Of a stretch of DNA of 64,000 nucleotides, positions 1 through 9,026 are shown one piece after another. The number at the start of each line of letters is the position of its first letter. Position 1 is the stretch's first letter. The notes under the pieces are model-generated. The model saw only the letters and a program-made list of their open reading frames with translations, was not told the DNA's origin and did not search any database. Source of the stretch: Candidatus Leptovillus gracilis (GTDB lineage: Bacteria > Chloroflexota > Anaerolineae > Promineifilales > Promineifilaceae); the NCBI GenBank assembly GCA_016716065.1, contig JADJXA010000025.1:292863-356862 (forward strand), given 5' to 3'. Both the position numbers and the translations under genes were made by a program.

Positions 1-1183
1 TCATAACCAGGTCTTCGAGTTGGCGGTTGATGCGCTTCTGCCGGCCCTTAGGCCGCTGCTGGTGCTGTCCCCCATAACTGTTGGGTAGCTGCCAGGCCAG
101 ATAGCTCTTACCTTGCTTGCCTTGTTCGCCGCGATAATCTCTTAACTCAAACAATGCCTGCCCTTGATGCCAGGCCCGTTCCTCCTTGTTCATCTCACTG
201 GCCGTTTCGCCTATGGCGAAGTTGGCCTGCGGACGCAACCTCAGCCGCGCTTCATAGGCCCGTTGACTCGACCGCCCTACTCCACTAAGGCCGGCCAATG
301 TGTCGCGAGCGATGGGCACCGCCTGTCCTTCAGGTGATCTCCCCTTTGTCGCGCCGCTTCCTGCTCGCACGCGGCCGCTATGGAAGGCCGCGTACAGATG
401 GGCGCGGAAGGCGCCAATGCCTTCCAGCAAAGCGTTTACCGGCAAGGCCACCGGTCGGCCACTCAAGCGTGCGACGCCCAACACATGGGCGACTCGCGCC
501 GTCGAATGCAGCCAGATGTGTGTTTTATCCCGTGTCCAAAACAGCCCCTCCCCATCTCGCAGCAGATTGCGCATTTGCCGTTTGCCACAGAGATATAGCT
601 CTGAGTTTCTGTTGGTGAGTTGTTGTCGGATAATGTCTACGCGAAATACACCCCGGCCTTCAGGGTCGAGATGATGCAGCATAAGCCAGAGCCGTCCCGG
701 CGCGCTCATCTCATGGCGCAGCATAGCCAGGCCGATGTCCGGATATAGTTTGACAGATGGGCAACACGGAAGTCTTTCCGGCGGTAGGCCACCAGACGCG
801 GCCTGGGGAGCGAAACGCGCACCAGGCGACACATCGTCCCCGGCTGGCGGTTGAGGCATCACGGGCATAACAGCCCGGCGGAGAACGGCCGCCAGAGGCT
901 CGCTCCCCCACCCCAGATGAGCCGGCAGGCTGGCGATGATCTGAGGCAAAGCGGCCGTTTCCGGGCATGGAACGGCCGCGGAGAAACCGCGCTCCCCATC
1001 GGCCGGAGACGCAGCAGCCAGGCGCACCACAGGCTCAGGGTTCGCCTGTGGTCGGGCCAGAGCAGACTGCTCTGCGAGCGCGCAAGCTGCCGGGCGCTGC
1101 GCCTGAGTTTGTGTCCGCAGCTGATACAGCCGACGATTGGCCGCCAGCAGTTCTGGCGACGCCGCGGTCATACAGTCGTCCAT
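1..1183 (-). CDS. Partial HTH-containing Rep-like/mobile-element protein; the 3' end runs off the window. Paralog of 17442..18935.
   Basis: Own minus-strand translation from ATG at 1183: MDDCMTAASPELLAANRRLYQL...LPAHLGWGSEPL...GRLWLMLHHLDPEGRG...AFRAHLYAAFHSGR...LAGLSGVGRSSQRAYEARL...WQLPNSYGG. It aligns block by block with the 497-aa ORF at 17442..18935. The frame is still open at position 1. Confidence 0.6.
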   Translation of the reverse strand, partial: MDDCMTAASPELLAANRRLYQLRTQTQAQRPAACALAEQSALARPQANPEPVVRLAAASPADGERGFSAAVPCPETAALPQIIASLPAHLGWGSEPLAAVLRRAVMPVMPQPPAGDDVSPGARFAPQAASGGLPPERLPCCPSVKLYPDIGLAMLRHEMSAPGRLWLMLHHLDPEGRGVFRVDIIRQQLTNRNSELYLCGKRQMRNLLRDGEGLFWTRDKTHIWLHSTARVAHVLGVARLSGRPVALPVNALLEGIGAFRAHLYAAFHSGRVRAGSGATKGRSPEGQAVPIARDTLAGLSGVGRSSQRAYEARLRLRPQANFAIGETASEMNKEERAWHQGQALFELRDYRGEQGKQGKSYLAWQLPNSYGGQHQQRPKGRQKRINRQLEDLVM

Positions 1184-1239
1184 GCGGCAGTCACGGGCCA
1201 ACCGATGCGGTCAATGGTTGTACACGCATGTGACAACTA

Positions 1240-1268
1240 TTGACACAGGGATCGGCCTGTGCTATTCT
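1240..1268 (+). promoter_or_regulatory. Sigma70-like promoter (TTGACA-17 nt-TATTCT with TGn extended -10)
   Basis: ttgaca at 1240-1245, a 17-nt spacer ending in tgc, then tattct at 1263-1268. Confidence 0.4.
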
Positions 1269-1274
1269 CCTAAA

Positions 1275-1439
1275 TGAAATTGTCCGCATAGGAGATACAG
1301 ACATATCTCCCCCCTCCCCAATGAAGGGGCTTCATAATCAGGTCAGGATGTTGACGCATCCAAAACCTTCAAAGTATGCGGTTAAGACAACAACTAAACT
1401 CTATGCAGAAGAAGCCAGTATTGCCGCACTGGCTTTTTT
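1275..1439 (+). ncRNA. Candidate sRNA bounded by a promoter and an intrinsic terminator, with a C-rich CCCCUCCCC segment
   Basis: Lies downstream of the 1240 promoter. Internal hairpin ggagata-N6-tatctcc. C-rich run at 1308-1320. Terminator agccagt-N8-actggct plus T6 at 1413-1439. The overlapping 82-aa ORF starts on the -35 TTG and runs through the terminator, so it is probably not coding. Confidence 0.35.
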
Positions 1440-1653
1440 GCATTTTTGGCAGACCAGGCTGCCAACCAGTACCAACCAAAAGATGTAGATTTTGATTAGC
1501 ACTGGTCCACAGCTAAGCCTCATCATTGAACCCCTGTCTTGTAAACGATATCCTCATGCCATACGCCTTTCTCTGGGCAGCTACCTGTCTGGGCAGACCG
1601 CCTGCCTTGGGCCTGCCTGTGCCTGAGCCAAGTTGTCTCCGGGCAAACCACCT

Positions 1654-1832
1654 TTGACTTTTTACTCCGTCTGTGCTAACTTAATAAGCGCAAGGGGCAA
1701 AAAGAACCCCTCCCTAATAAAAGGGTTTCGCACTGAAGGCGATGCCAACGCCCAATAGTCAGCGAAAGATGCAATTCAAAGACAGAAATCATTGAAGGCC
1801 AGGTAATGCCAATACCTGGCCTTCTTTATTTG
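1654..1832 (+). ncRNA. Second candidate sRNA unit (promoter plus transcript plus terminator) related to the 1275..1439 unit
   Basis: ttgact (1654-1659)-17 nt-tgc-taactt (1677-1682), the same ctgtgcta context as the first promoter. Shared motif aacccctccctaataaaagggtt (1705-1727). Terminator aaggccaggta-N7-tacctggcctt followed by a T-rich tail (1795-1832). Confidence 0.3.
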
Positions 1833-2009
1833 TTAACTGGGCTGCCACACCCAGGAATAACCACATGAGCGCCATGCAAGCCAAAGCGGCCCACAGACAT
1901 GTAGATGTTGAGTCCACTGACGATATAAGGAAATAAAGTGTGTAAGGTCTCGACCGCGAGGACCACCGCCATTCTCCTGTATACAATTGGCGGTGAAAGC
2001 TAGGGATAC

Positions 2010-2110
2010 TTGACCGGTAATGGGAAATCGGTCATAATCAGCTTTACACCGTCAGCCCCATCGGTAACAACGCTCCGGCAAAAGCTCAGTTACCAGGGGC
2101 TTTTTTTTTG
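2010..2110 (+). ncRNA. Very short promoter-to-terminator unit (about 65-nt candidate sRNA)
   Basis: ttgacc (2010-2015)-17 nt-cataat (2033-2038). Imperfect hairpin ccccatcggtaac...gttaccagggg followed by T9 (2101-2109). No ORF fits. Confidence 0.3.
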
Positions 2111-2151
2111 CTTGCTGCACAATTACAGCAAATGTTTTAAACCCTTCTGCA

Positions 2152-2541
2152 TTATACATAATCACCCTGTTTAGGCAAAGTACCATCTTGCCCTGCCCAC
2201 CCCAATTCTCTCTGTTTCGCCCTTGCCATGCCACCAGTATAAGTCGTCTGACGTTGCCCCGATACCTCGGTCTTTGACACCTGAACCGTTAGCTCATCCT
2301 GCACCACGACGACGCCAGTCTGGAGAAGCATAACCAAACATTCGCTGCGATTCTGCGCCCCGACAGCGCGATAAATCTCCTTCAAATATTTCTTTACCGC
2401 GTTTTCGCTCACATGCAGACGCTGCGCCAGGTCGCTGTTCGTAGCCGCGGGATTAGCAACCAGAACCTCTAACAGCTCCATTTGTCGCGGCGTTAGTTCG
2501 CACAACGGGTTATCGCATCGGTAGCAAAGCGCCAGGGGCAT
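2152..2541 (-). CDS. LuxR/FixJ-type HTH transcriptional regulator (no receiver domain)
   Basis: LTPRQMELLEVLVANPAATNSDLAQRLHVSENAVKKYLKEIYRAVGAQNRSE is a classic LuxR C-terminal HTH. The start codon abuts the stop of the upstream kinase gene. Confidence 0.8.
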   Translation of the reverse strand: MPLALCYRCDNPLCELTPRQMELLEVLVANPAATNSDLAQRLHVSENAVKKYLKEIYRAVGAQNRSECLVMLLQTGVVVVQDELTVQVSKTEVSGQRQTTYTGGMARAKQRELGWAGQDGTLPKQGDYV

Positions 2542-4983
2542 TTATTCGTACATACCTCCGAGCATGGCTTCATCTCCTGAAGCCCCGACGAATGTTTTAC
2601 GCGAGGGATCGGGAGGAAGGGGGCAGCGCAGCAGCACGTGGGTCCCCCGAGGGGTGTTTTCCATTACCTGCAAGTCTCCACCCACAGAATGCGCCCGTTC
2701 GTGCATCCCCACAATCCCCATACAACGCCGCCGAATAAGATCGTTGACGGACAGACCCGCTGCGGCCGTGCCCCGGCCGTCATCCACCACTTCCAACAAC
2801 AGCATTTCATCGTCCCATACCAGCGTGACAAATGCGGAGTTTGCTGCGGCGTGTTTGACAACGTTGTGCAGCGATTCGGTGATGATATGGCAGACAGGCA
2901 TTATCAGGTCTACCGGTACAACGCTCGCGTCTCCCGTCACTTCGACCGTGACGGGCAGCCCATAATCTTGACGAAACTGACGTACGACAGAATTTACCGC
3001 CATCGGCAATTCCTGCTCCAGCACGGGCGGATATAAACCCAGACAAATACCGCGCAGCGTATCCCCTGTCAACAGCAGTTCGTCTATGCCCCGCCCCAAA
3101 TCGGCCACAACTTGCTGCCTGTTCCAGTCACCGGGGGTAGTGCGAATCTTATCAAGCAGGTTGGTGATAAAAAACATGCGCTGCAAGGGATCGTCGTGAA
3201 TCTCCTGGGCAATCCGCTTCCGCTCCTGTTCTCGGACCAGCATAATTCGGCGCCCCAACCAGCGCGTCGCTTCAAAGAGGTAAATATTTTCGCTGGCGAC
3301 CGCGAGAATTCTGGCAACACGCGCCACAAACGTGACCTGCCCAAAATTGAAATAACCGTCTATATTGGGCCGCCCTAACGCCAACAGGCCCACCGCTTCT
3401 CCCCGAACCGTGATGGGGACTATCAACTCCGTCCAATCAAAAAGCGACAACAGTGGGTGGCTCTGGGGATGCAGCGCCGTTCGCACCAGCGGCGCCGTCA
3501 ATGTAGGCAAAATCAACTGCGCCTGGGCAATCAGGTCCATCGTCGTTTCACCGACTATCGGCCGCAGGTCCCCCTGCTCGTCTTTTAAGATCATCATGAC
3601 CCGGTTGCTGCCCAAGATGCGCGCCACAGAGGTGGCCACCTGCTCTATCGTCTCAAACTCCGGATGGTTGGACAGGTCCGTAGCAAATTCAACCAGGCGT
3701 TCTTGTTCGCCGGCAATACGGCCGTATAACAGCCGCTGCATACTCTGGCTCATCGGGCGATTGGCATACAGGGCAAAAAGCAGCGCAGGCACAAATACCA
3801 CGGTCGACTGGATGACGCCACCCCCAGCGGTTTCTAACCCCAGCCAATGTCGCCCCAGGTAAAGCGTCAAGGCATACAGGCAACCGATACCCATCGTCAA
3901 AACCAACAGGTGCAGGGCGCGGCTAAAAAAGAGGTCTAGTCCCAAAAAACCTTTACGGTATATCACAAACAGATACCCGACGGGGATGAAAATCATCAGG
4001 GCGATGGCGACAGGAAAGGATAGCAGCGTGACGTCGGCCAATGCTTTGGGAACGATTGTCAACAACATAGTGGGAAAAACGCCTAACAAAAAGAAAAACA
4101 GCAAAATCCACAACTGCTGGCGCAGATAGGACGCCGGCGGTAGGCGCAGGACACGCCAGAACAAAATAACCACACAGGTTATCAGGCTCGCCGCCATCGC
4201 CAGAAAGCTGAGATCATAAAGGCTGATGCCTACGATTTCCTCAAAGCTGGTCGGCTGGGGAAACAGAACCAACACTTCGTAAGCAGCCAGAGCCGCCAGG
4301 AGCGAGGCCAGTAGCAGCAGCACGCCCAGCGTTTGGCGCGCGCGCCCACTGAGCTGGTCTACACGCGGCAAAAAGCCCAAATAGACCCAACCCACAGCCA
4401 GGAAATAAATCATGACGTGGCCGGTCACCCAGGCGCCCGGCGTGCCGGACAGCGAGGCTTGAATGCCGATCAGCACCGACGCCGACAGCAAGAAAATATA
4501 CCCGGTATGCAACGCCTGCCGGTTTTCCCTTTGCACTAAAAACAGCATCAGGCTGCCAACCAACCAGCCAACCACCGCCAACAAAGAAGACGGCGCGAGA
4601 AACCAGACAAACCGTTCATCAAACGAGCCGGACACAGGCACAAGGAGAGAAAGCGTCTCACCGTCCCGTTGTACTAAAAATGTGTAGGCGTCCTGGTGCG
4701 GCAAGGGAAAAAAGGGGGACATGCGGCGTATCGCCTGGCCCTCAATGGCCACCACCACATCACCTACTTGCAGCGGTGACTCTGGGTGCGTGTGATGCGC
4801 ATTATGAATGACCGAACGGGAATCTGTGTACCAGATCATCAGTGGGGCGCCGGGCGGGTTACCCCACCAGATGTAGATCAGGCAGTAGCCCACAAACAAC
4901 AATGAAAGGGCGGCCGCAACCATACGCCCATGGTAGAGGCCGGTATTGATCTGTTTTGTCACGTCGGAACGCTTCATAACCAT
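2542..4983 (-). CDS. Membrane sensor histidine kinase, NarL-partner (HisKA_3) type, with a multi-TM N-terminus and a GAF-like domain
   Basis: Many hydrophobic segments in residues about 20-420. H-box ERKRIAQEIHDDPLQ. HATPase motifs HNVVKHA, EVVDDGRG and GMHERAHSVGGDL. Confidence 0.85.
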   Translation of the reverse strand: MVMKRSDVTKQINTGLYHGRMVAAALSLLFVGYCLIYIWWGNPPGAPLMIWYTDSRSVIHNAHHTHPESPLQVGDVVVAIEGQAIRRMSPFFPLPHQDAYTFLVQRDGETLSLLVPVSGSFDERFVWFLAPSSLLAVVGWLVGSLMLFLVQRENRQALHTGYIFLLSASVLIGIQASLSGTPGAWVTGHVMIYFLAVGWVYLGFLPRVDQLSGRARQTLGVLLLLASLLAALAAYEVLVLFPQPTSFEEIVGISLYDLSFLAMAASLITCVVILFWRVLRLPPASYLRQQLWILLFFFLLGVFPTMLLTIVPKALADVTLLSFPVAIALMIFIPVGYLFVIYRKGFLGLDLFFSRALHLLVLTMGIGCLYALTLYLGRHWLGLETAGGGVIQSTVVFVPALLFALYANRPMSQSMQRLLYGRIAGEQERLVEFATDLSNHPEFETIEQVATSVARILGSNRVMMILKDEQGDLRPIVGETTMDLIAQAQLILPTLTAPLVRTALHPQSHPLLSLFDWTELIVPITVRGEAVGLLALGRPNIDGYFNFGQVTFVARVARILAVASENIYLFEATRWLGRRIMLVREQERKRIAQEIHDDPLQRMFFITNLLDKIRTTPGDWNRQQVVADLGRGIDELLLTGDTLRGICLGLYPPVLEQELPMAVNSVVRQFRQDYGLPVTVEVTGDASVVPVDLIMPVCHIITESLHNVVKHAAANSAFVTLVWDDEMLLLEVVDDGRGTAAAGLSVNDLIRRRCMGIVGMHERAHSVGGDLQVMENTPRGTHVLLRCPLPPDPSRKTFVGASGDEAMLGGMYE

Positions 4984-5125
4984 CCTGTCTGCGGGCTATT
5001 GCCTCGCGCGCTTTTCGGGCTGTCACCGGGGATGGATACCATTGGCCTGCCAGCCCTTGATTGCCTCTACGGGTCCTCGCGCATCTGTTTTCTCAAGATT
5101 CGCCCCATCATAACTGAAGAAAGAC

Positions 5126-5153
5126 AAAAAAAACGGCACTAAGTGCCGTTTTT
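5126..5153 (-). terminator. Intrinsic (bidirectional) terminator downstream of the response-regulator gene
   Basis: aaaaaaaacggcac-taa-gtgccgttttt: a 7-bp GC-rich stem flanked by an A8 run and a T5 run. Confidence 0.6.
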
Positions 5154-5370
5154 GACCGGCTTAAAGTACTGTCTTCGCCCGTCCTAAAGTACTGCGTTGT
5201 ATCCGGCAGGGAATAAAAAATCTTTGCTTTTGCGCCCGACTTCTGGCAGCATCAGGGGATGAATCGGCATGTACCCGCCTGGCCAGGCAGGTCAGGCGGT
5301 TGGCGAGCAAGTCACGGACAGGTCGCGAGCAGGTCGTCGGTTGGCCCAGTATTCAATTGGCCGGTTCTCT

Positions 5371-6045
5371 CTACACGGGAGGAAACTGCTGCATCCGGGT
5401 GTAATAAGCCACCGCTTCAGCGGTGTTTTTGACCTCCAGCGTCCTGTACACATTCGTCAGGTGCCCTTTAAAAGCGCTCTCGGAAATGTGCAGCAGCGCC
5501 GCCAGTTCGGCATTCGGCTTATCCAGGTTTCGCATTTTGAGGAGCCATATTTCCTGCTGTCGCGCCGTCAACATGGCTACGCGGTCAGACCGGGGCGACT
5601 CAAACAGGATTTGCTGCACCGCCTTGGAGAAGAAGTTATGCCCGGCATGGACGGTTTTTATCGCTTCCGCCAACCGTAAAGATAAAATATCTCCCTTCAG
5701 CACATACCCCCTGGCGCCGCGTCGCATAATTTCCTGGACTTCTCCGGGGATGGCATATTGGGACAGGATAATGGCGCGCGTCTCTGGATACGCCTGGCTT
5801 AACCTGGCTATGGTATCCAGGAAGGGAAACGTGCCGCTGTCTCTGTCCCCGGCGTGCTGCGGCATACGCAAATCTAGCAGCACAATATCCGGGCGGTGCC
5901 GGGCCACCAGCGGCAGCACCTGCTCGCCGGCCATGCCCTCAGCGACGATCTTGATGTCGTCATGGTCGTCCAGGCGACTGCGAATAGCTTCGTGGATTAA
6001 AGCATGATCATCAACGACCAGGACGGTAATCGGCTTAACTTCCAT
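5371..6045 (-). CDS. NarL/FixJ-family response regulator (receiver plus LuxR HTH)
   Basis: ITVLVVDDH and DIVLLDLRMP receiver motifs. C-terminal LTARQQEIWLL...HISESAFKGHLTNVYRTLEV HTH. Start chosen at MEVKPITV, preceded by gaggtg; the ORF is open up to 6084. Confidence 0.85.
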   Translation of the reverse strand: MEVKPITVLVVDDHALIHEAIRSRLDDHDDIKIVAEGMAGEQVLPLVARHRPDIVLLDLRMPQHAGDRDSGTFPFLDTIARLSQAYPETRAIILSQYAIPGEVQEIMRRGARGYVLKGDILSLRLAEAIKTVHAGHNFFSKAVQQILFESPRSDRVAMLTARQQEIWLLKMRNLDKPNAELAALLHISESAFKGHLTNVYRTLEVKNTAEAVAYYTRMQQFPPV

Positions 6046-6720
6046 AAACACCTCGCTCTTTGTGTAGTTTGAGTTGGGTTTCAACCGCCGTCAGGCAAAA
6101 TACGACAGCGGTATAGACCGTATAAGGTGACAAATGAAGACGGCCGTGTCCCGCCGGGCAGCCCAAAAAGCCGATCGGAGATTGGGCGTTTAGGCGAACT
6201 ACTTAAACAATGATGGGGGATCCACAGCGGGAATCGTGTCATTTATCTCGCTTACAAGGAATCAGCGACGAAACAACAGCGCTGTTTGGGGATGGGTAGA
6301 CGAGCGGGTCAGGTAATCAACAAGCCGCCCGTATCAAGCGGTTGAACCCCGGCCGGTTTTGCCTGACGCCTGCGGTATCCAACGGGGGAAATTGTACAAA
6401 CCTGCCGGTTCTTGTCAAATCTTGCACCTGGCTTTCTGGTCTGTCACGCCGCCACAGCCCCACCGCTGTGGCCCGTACTGGCAATTTGGGCTTAACAGCC
6501 AATTAGAAAGTATGGGCATTAACCGCTTGCGTGCACGCACCAACACTGGATTCTTTATTAAAGTCCAGGGATCGCTCCTTGCTTTATGGCACACGCAAGC
6601 GATCAAAAATTAGCAATTACGGTTACGCACGGTTTTCGCGTAAGGTGGTGGCAAATGAATAGGGCGCAGGCTGGATGGCCTGATCCAAGTTGTGGCATGA
6701 GTCGCCGGGGGCGAACACGC

Positions 6721-8445
6721 TCAAGAAGTGCGCTGCTGCTGTGGTAGGCGTTTTCTTACGTGGTAGGCCAGCGGCGCGCCGACCATTCCCAGGACGATCA
6801 TGCTGGCCGAGCAGGGACCGGCGGCATTGACGGATGGTGTGGCCGGTCCCTTGGTGGGGGCGGCGTCGCTAACGGCCGTTTCCCCTCCCCCCGTCTCCTC
6901 TACCTCAGCCGTCGGCATGGTCGCCGCCGGCATGGCCGCGGCCGCCTCATCTACCCCCAGGCTGAGGTCATCCACCCAAATAACGCCGTTGCTCGTCGTG
7001 TCGGGGTGCGTGCTAAAACCAAAGGCCAGGCCGCTTACCCGATCAGCGTCGGTAAACGGCGCGCCGGCGTTCTCTTCCCAATCCACACGGTGGAAATCGG
7101 CCCAGCGCAGATGCACAGGAATCCAATTGTCCACACTGTCCGGCGGGGTTTCCAGAACATAGGCGTAAGTTTCGCGCGCCTCTTCCGGCCCGGCGTAAAG
7201 GTCTATGTTGACCAGAAGCCCGGCCGATGCCGCTTGCAGGCGAAAGCTGAGGCCGGCGGCGCTTTGCCACGCTGGCGCGGCGTCGAAGAAGTGGGCGCAG
7301 GTGGCCCAACTGTTGGCGGCCACGTCGAACTCAATCTGCATGACCTTGCCGCTGCCCGCCGGGTCGGCTGCCGGGGCGCAGGCGAAGCGGGTGAGAGTGG
7401 TTTCGTCCCAGAACGCTTCCCATCCCTGGTTTGTTTCAAAGTTATCCAGGAGTGTGGCGGGGAGAACGGCCGTTTCCACCACCTCCTCCTCTGTCACCGC
7501 CATCTCCGTTTCCGCTTCTACTTCTACGACCGGTTCCACCGTGGGCAGCGGTGATGCGGCCTCGCTTTGCCAACGATGGTAGAAGACGTTGAGCATGGGC
7601 ACAAATTCGGCCGTCGCTTTGCGGCTGCCTTCCACCGAGGGATGATCATCGTCGGAGGGGTAATACAGCGTATCCTGGCTGCCCGCCGCATGTTCGATGG
7701 TCCCACTCACCACCTGATGATGCGCGTCAGGGTCGGTGAGGATGTTGTAGAAATCAAACACGGCTACGTTGTTGTACGGGTAGTCATTTTCGCGCAGCCA
7801 ATCGTTGACCAGCCATTGGTTAAATGCTCGCGCATTTTCCGGAATGGATGGCGCCGACAGGGGCGGCGCGGTGATGACGACGAACAGCTTGTCCGGGCGC
7901 GTGGCGAAGTATTGCAAAATCTCGTTGTACACCCATTTGGCGTTGCCGACGGTGAAATCGTAGCCTGGCGTGGGCGCGTCATCGGGGCTGCCGTAGAGGT
8001 CGGAATTGGGGAAGCAAGATTTGAACAACACAATCTGGTTCTCGCCGCCAGGATCGGCAAAGGTGCGCGTGTAATTGGCGTGCTGCTCGCTTTCGCTCAA
8101 CAGCGCCGCCATGTAACGCGGCGTCGCGGCGCTGCGAAACCATTCCGGCCAGTTGGGGATGTCGGTGCGGTCGCCGATGCTATCCGGCCCCCAGCCGTAG
8201 TTGGTGTCGCTGACGAAGTAGTTGTTTTGCGCCAGCGCCAGCCCCAGGTCGCCGTAGCCATCGGTGAGCCAGTTTTCGCCGGTGGAATGGTGGATGAAGA
8301 CGAGTTTGACGGGTGATGCCGGCGGCGCGGGATTGTCGGCCAGAGGTTGTACGGCTTCCGTGATGAGCGCGCCTGTCTTATCTACTGTGCCGATGATTAG
8401 AAGCGCCACTACGGCTAATATCCCCAACAGAAGGTTGTTTCTCAT
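6721..8445 (-). CDS. Secreted/anchored protein of unknown function, with an N-terminal signal anchor, a possible C-terminal carbohydrate-binding-like domain and a C-terminal TM helix
   Basis: MRNNLLLGILAVVALLIIG signal anchor preceded by aaggaag. An Ala/Glu-rich linker. C-terminal hydrophobic SMIVLGMVGAPLAY followed by basic residues. Function not recognised. Confidence 0.6.
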   Translation of the reverse strand: MRNNLLLGILAVVALLIIGTVDKTGALITEAVQPLADNPAPPASPVKLVFIHHSTGENWLTDGYGDLGLALAQNNYFVSDTNYGWGPDSIGDRTDIPNWPEWFRSAATPRYMAALLSESEQHANYTRTFADPGGENQIVLFKSCFPNSDLYGSPDDAPTPGYDFTVGNAKWVYNEILQYFATRPDKLFVVITAPPLSAPSIPENARAFNQWLVNDWLRENDYPYNNVAVFDFYNILTDPDAHHQVVSGTIEHAAGSQDTLYYPSDDDHPSVEGSRKATAEFVPMLNVFYHRWQSEAASPLPTVEPVVEVEAETEMAVTEEEVVETAVLPATLLDNFETNQGWEAFWDETTLTRFACAPAADPAGSGKVMQIEFDVAANSWATCAHFFDAAPAWQSAAGLSFRLQAASAGLLVNIDLYAGPEEARETYAYVLETPPDSVDNWIPVHLRWADFHRVDWEENAGAPFTDADRVSGLAFGFSTHPDTTSNGVIWVDDLSLGVDEAAAAMPAATMPTAEVEETGGGETAVSDAAPTKGPATPSVNAAGPCSASMIVLGMVGAPLAYHVRKRLPQQQRTS

Positions 8446-8813
8446 AACTTCCTTGCCGGGTAGAGCGGGGAAGCCCACCCCACCGCTAAATGACCAGCCA
8501 AAAACCAGTTTGTCATGACCGCTTGAGTCGCCCAAATTGCGCAAAGTGAGCCAGGCCCTGACGTGTAAGATGCCAGCGTGAAACACACTGAGGGTAAGGT
8601 ACACCAAGGGAAACGGCCGTGTCACGTGTCAAAAGTCACAACCGGCGGGGTTTCCATAGAGTAAGCCAACTATCCACAGGAGCGTTCCAGAAGAATATCC
8701 CCCCAGACCTCAGGAATAGCGGCCCCGTTTTGCGCCCCTGCTTCGGCCAAACTCCAATCCCTACTTATTGGACGCTTTTTGGACGCCCCATCCATACAAT
8801 GCCGGAAAGAGCT

Positions 8814-9026
8814 ATGGATGAAACGACGACTCTTTCCCAGTTTCTTTTTATCGTACGCATCTGGCTTGTCGAAGAAGGGCGCGACGGGGCCTGGCGTGGT
8901 TCGGTGGAGCAGGTTCCTGCGGGGCAAACGCTCTACTTCACCTCGCTGGGTGACCTGGATGACTTTATCGCCTGGCGTCTGTCGGCGGCAGCCATTACCC
9001 CAACAAAAGGAAGGCATTACCCATGA
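8814..9026 (+). CDS. Small hypothetical protein (70 aa)
   Basis: MDETTTLSQFLFIVRIWLVEEGRDGAWRGSVEQVPAGQTLYFTSLGDLDDFIAWRL has protein-like composition. Its stop overlaps the start of the next gene (ATGA). Confidence 0.4.
   Translation: MDETTTLSQFLFIVRIWLVEEGRDGAWRGSVEQVPAGQTLYFTSLGDLDDFIAWRLSAAAITPTKGRHYP

Noticed and set aside
1240-1488. 82-aa ORF in the AT-richer spacer
   Set aside because: It starts on the TTG of a promoter-like -35 box and reads through an intrinsic terminator. It is better explained as a non-coding unit.
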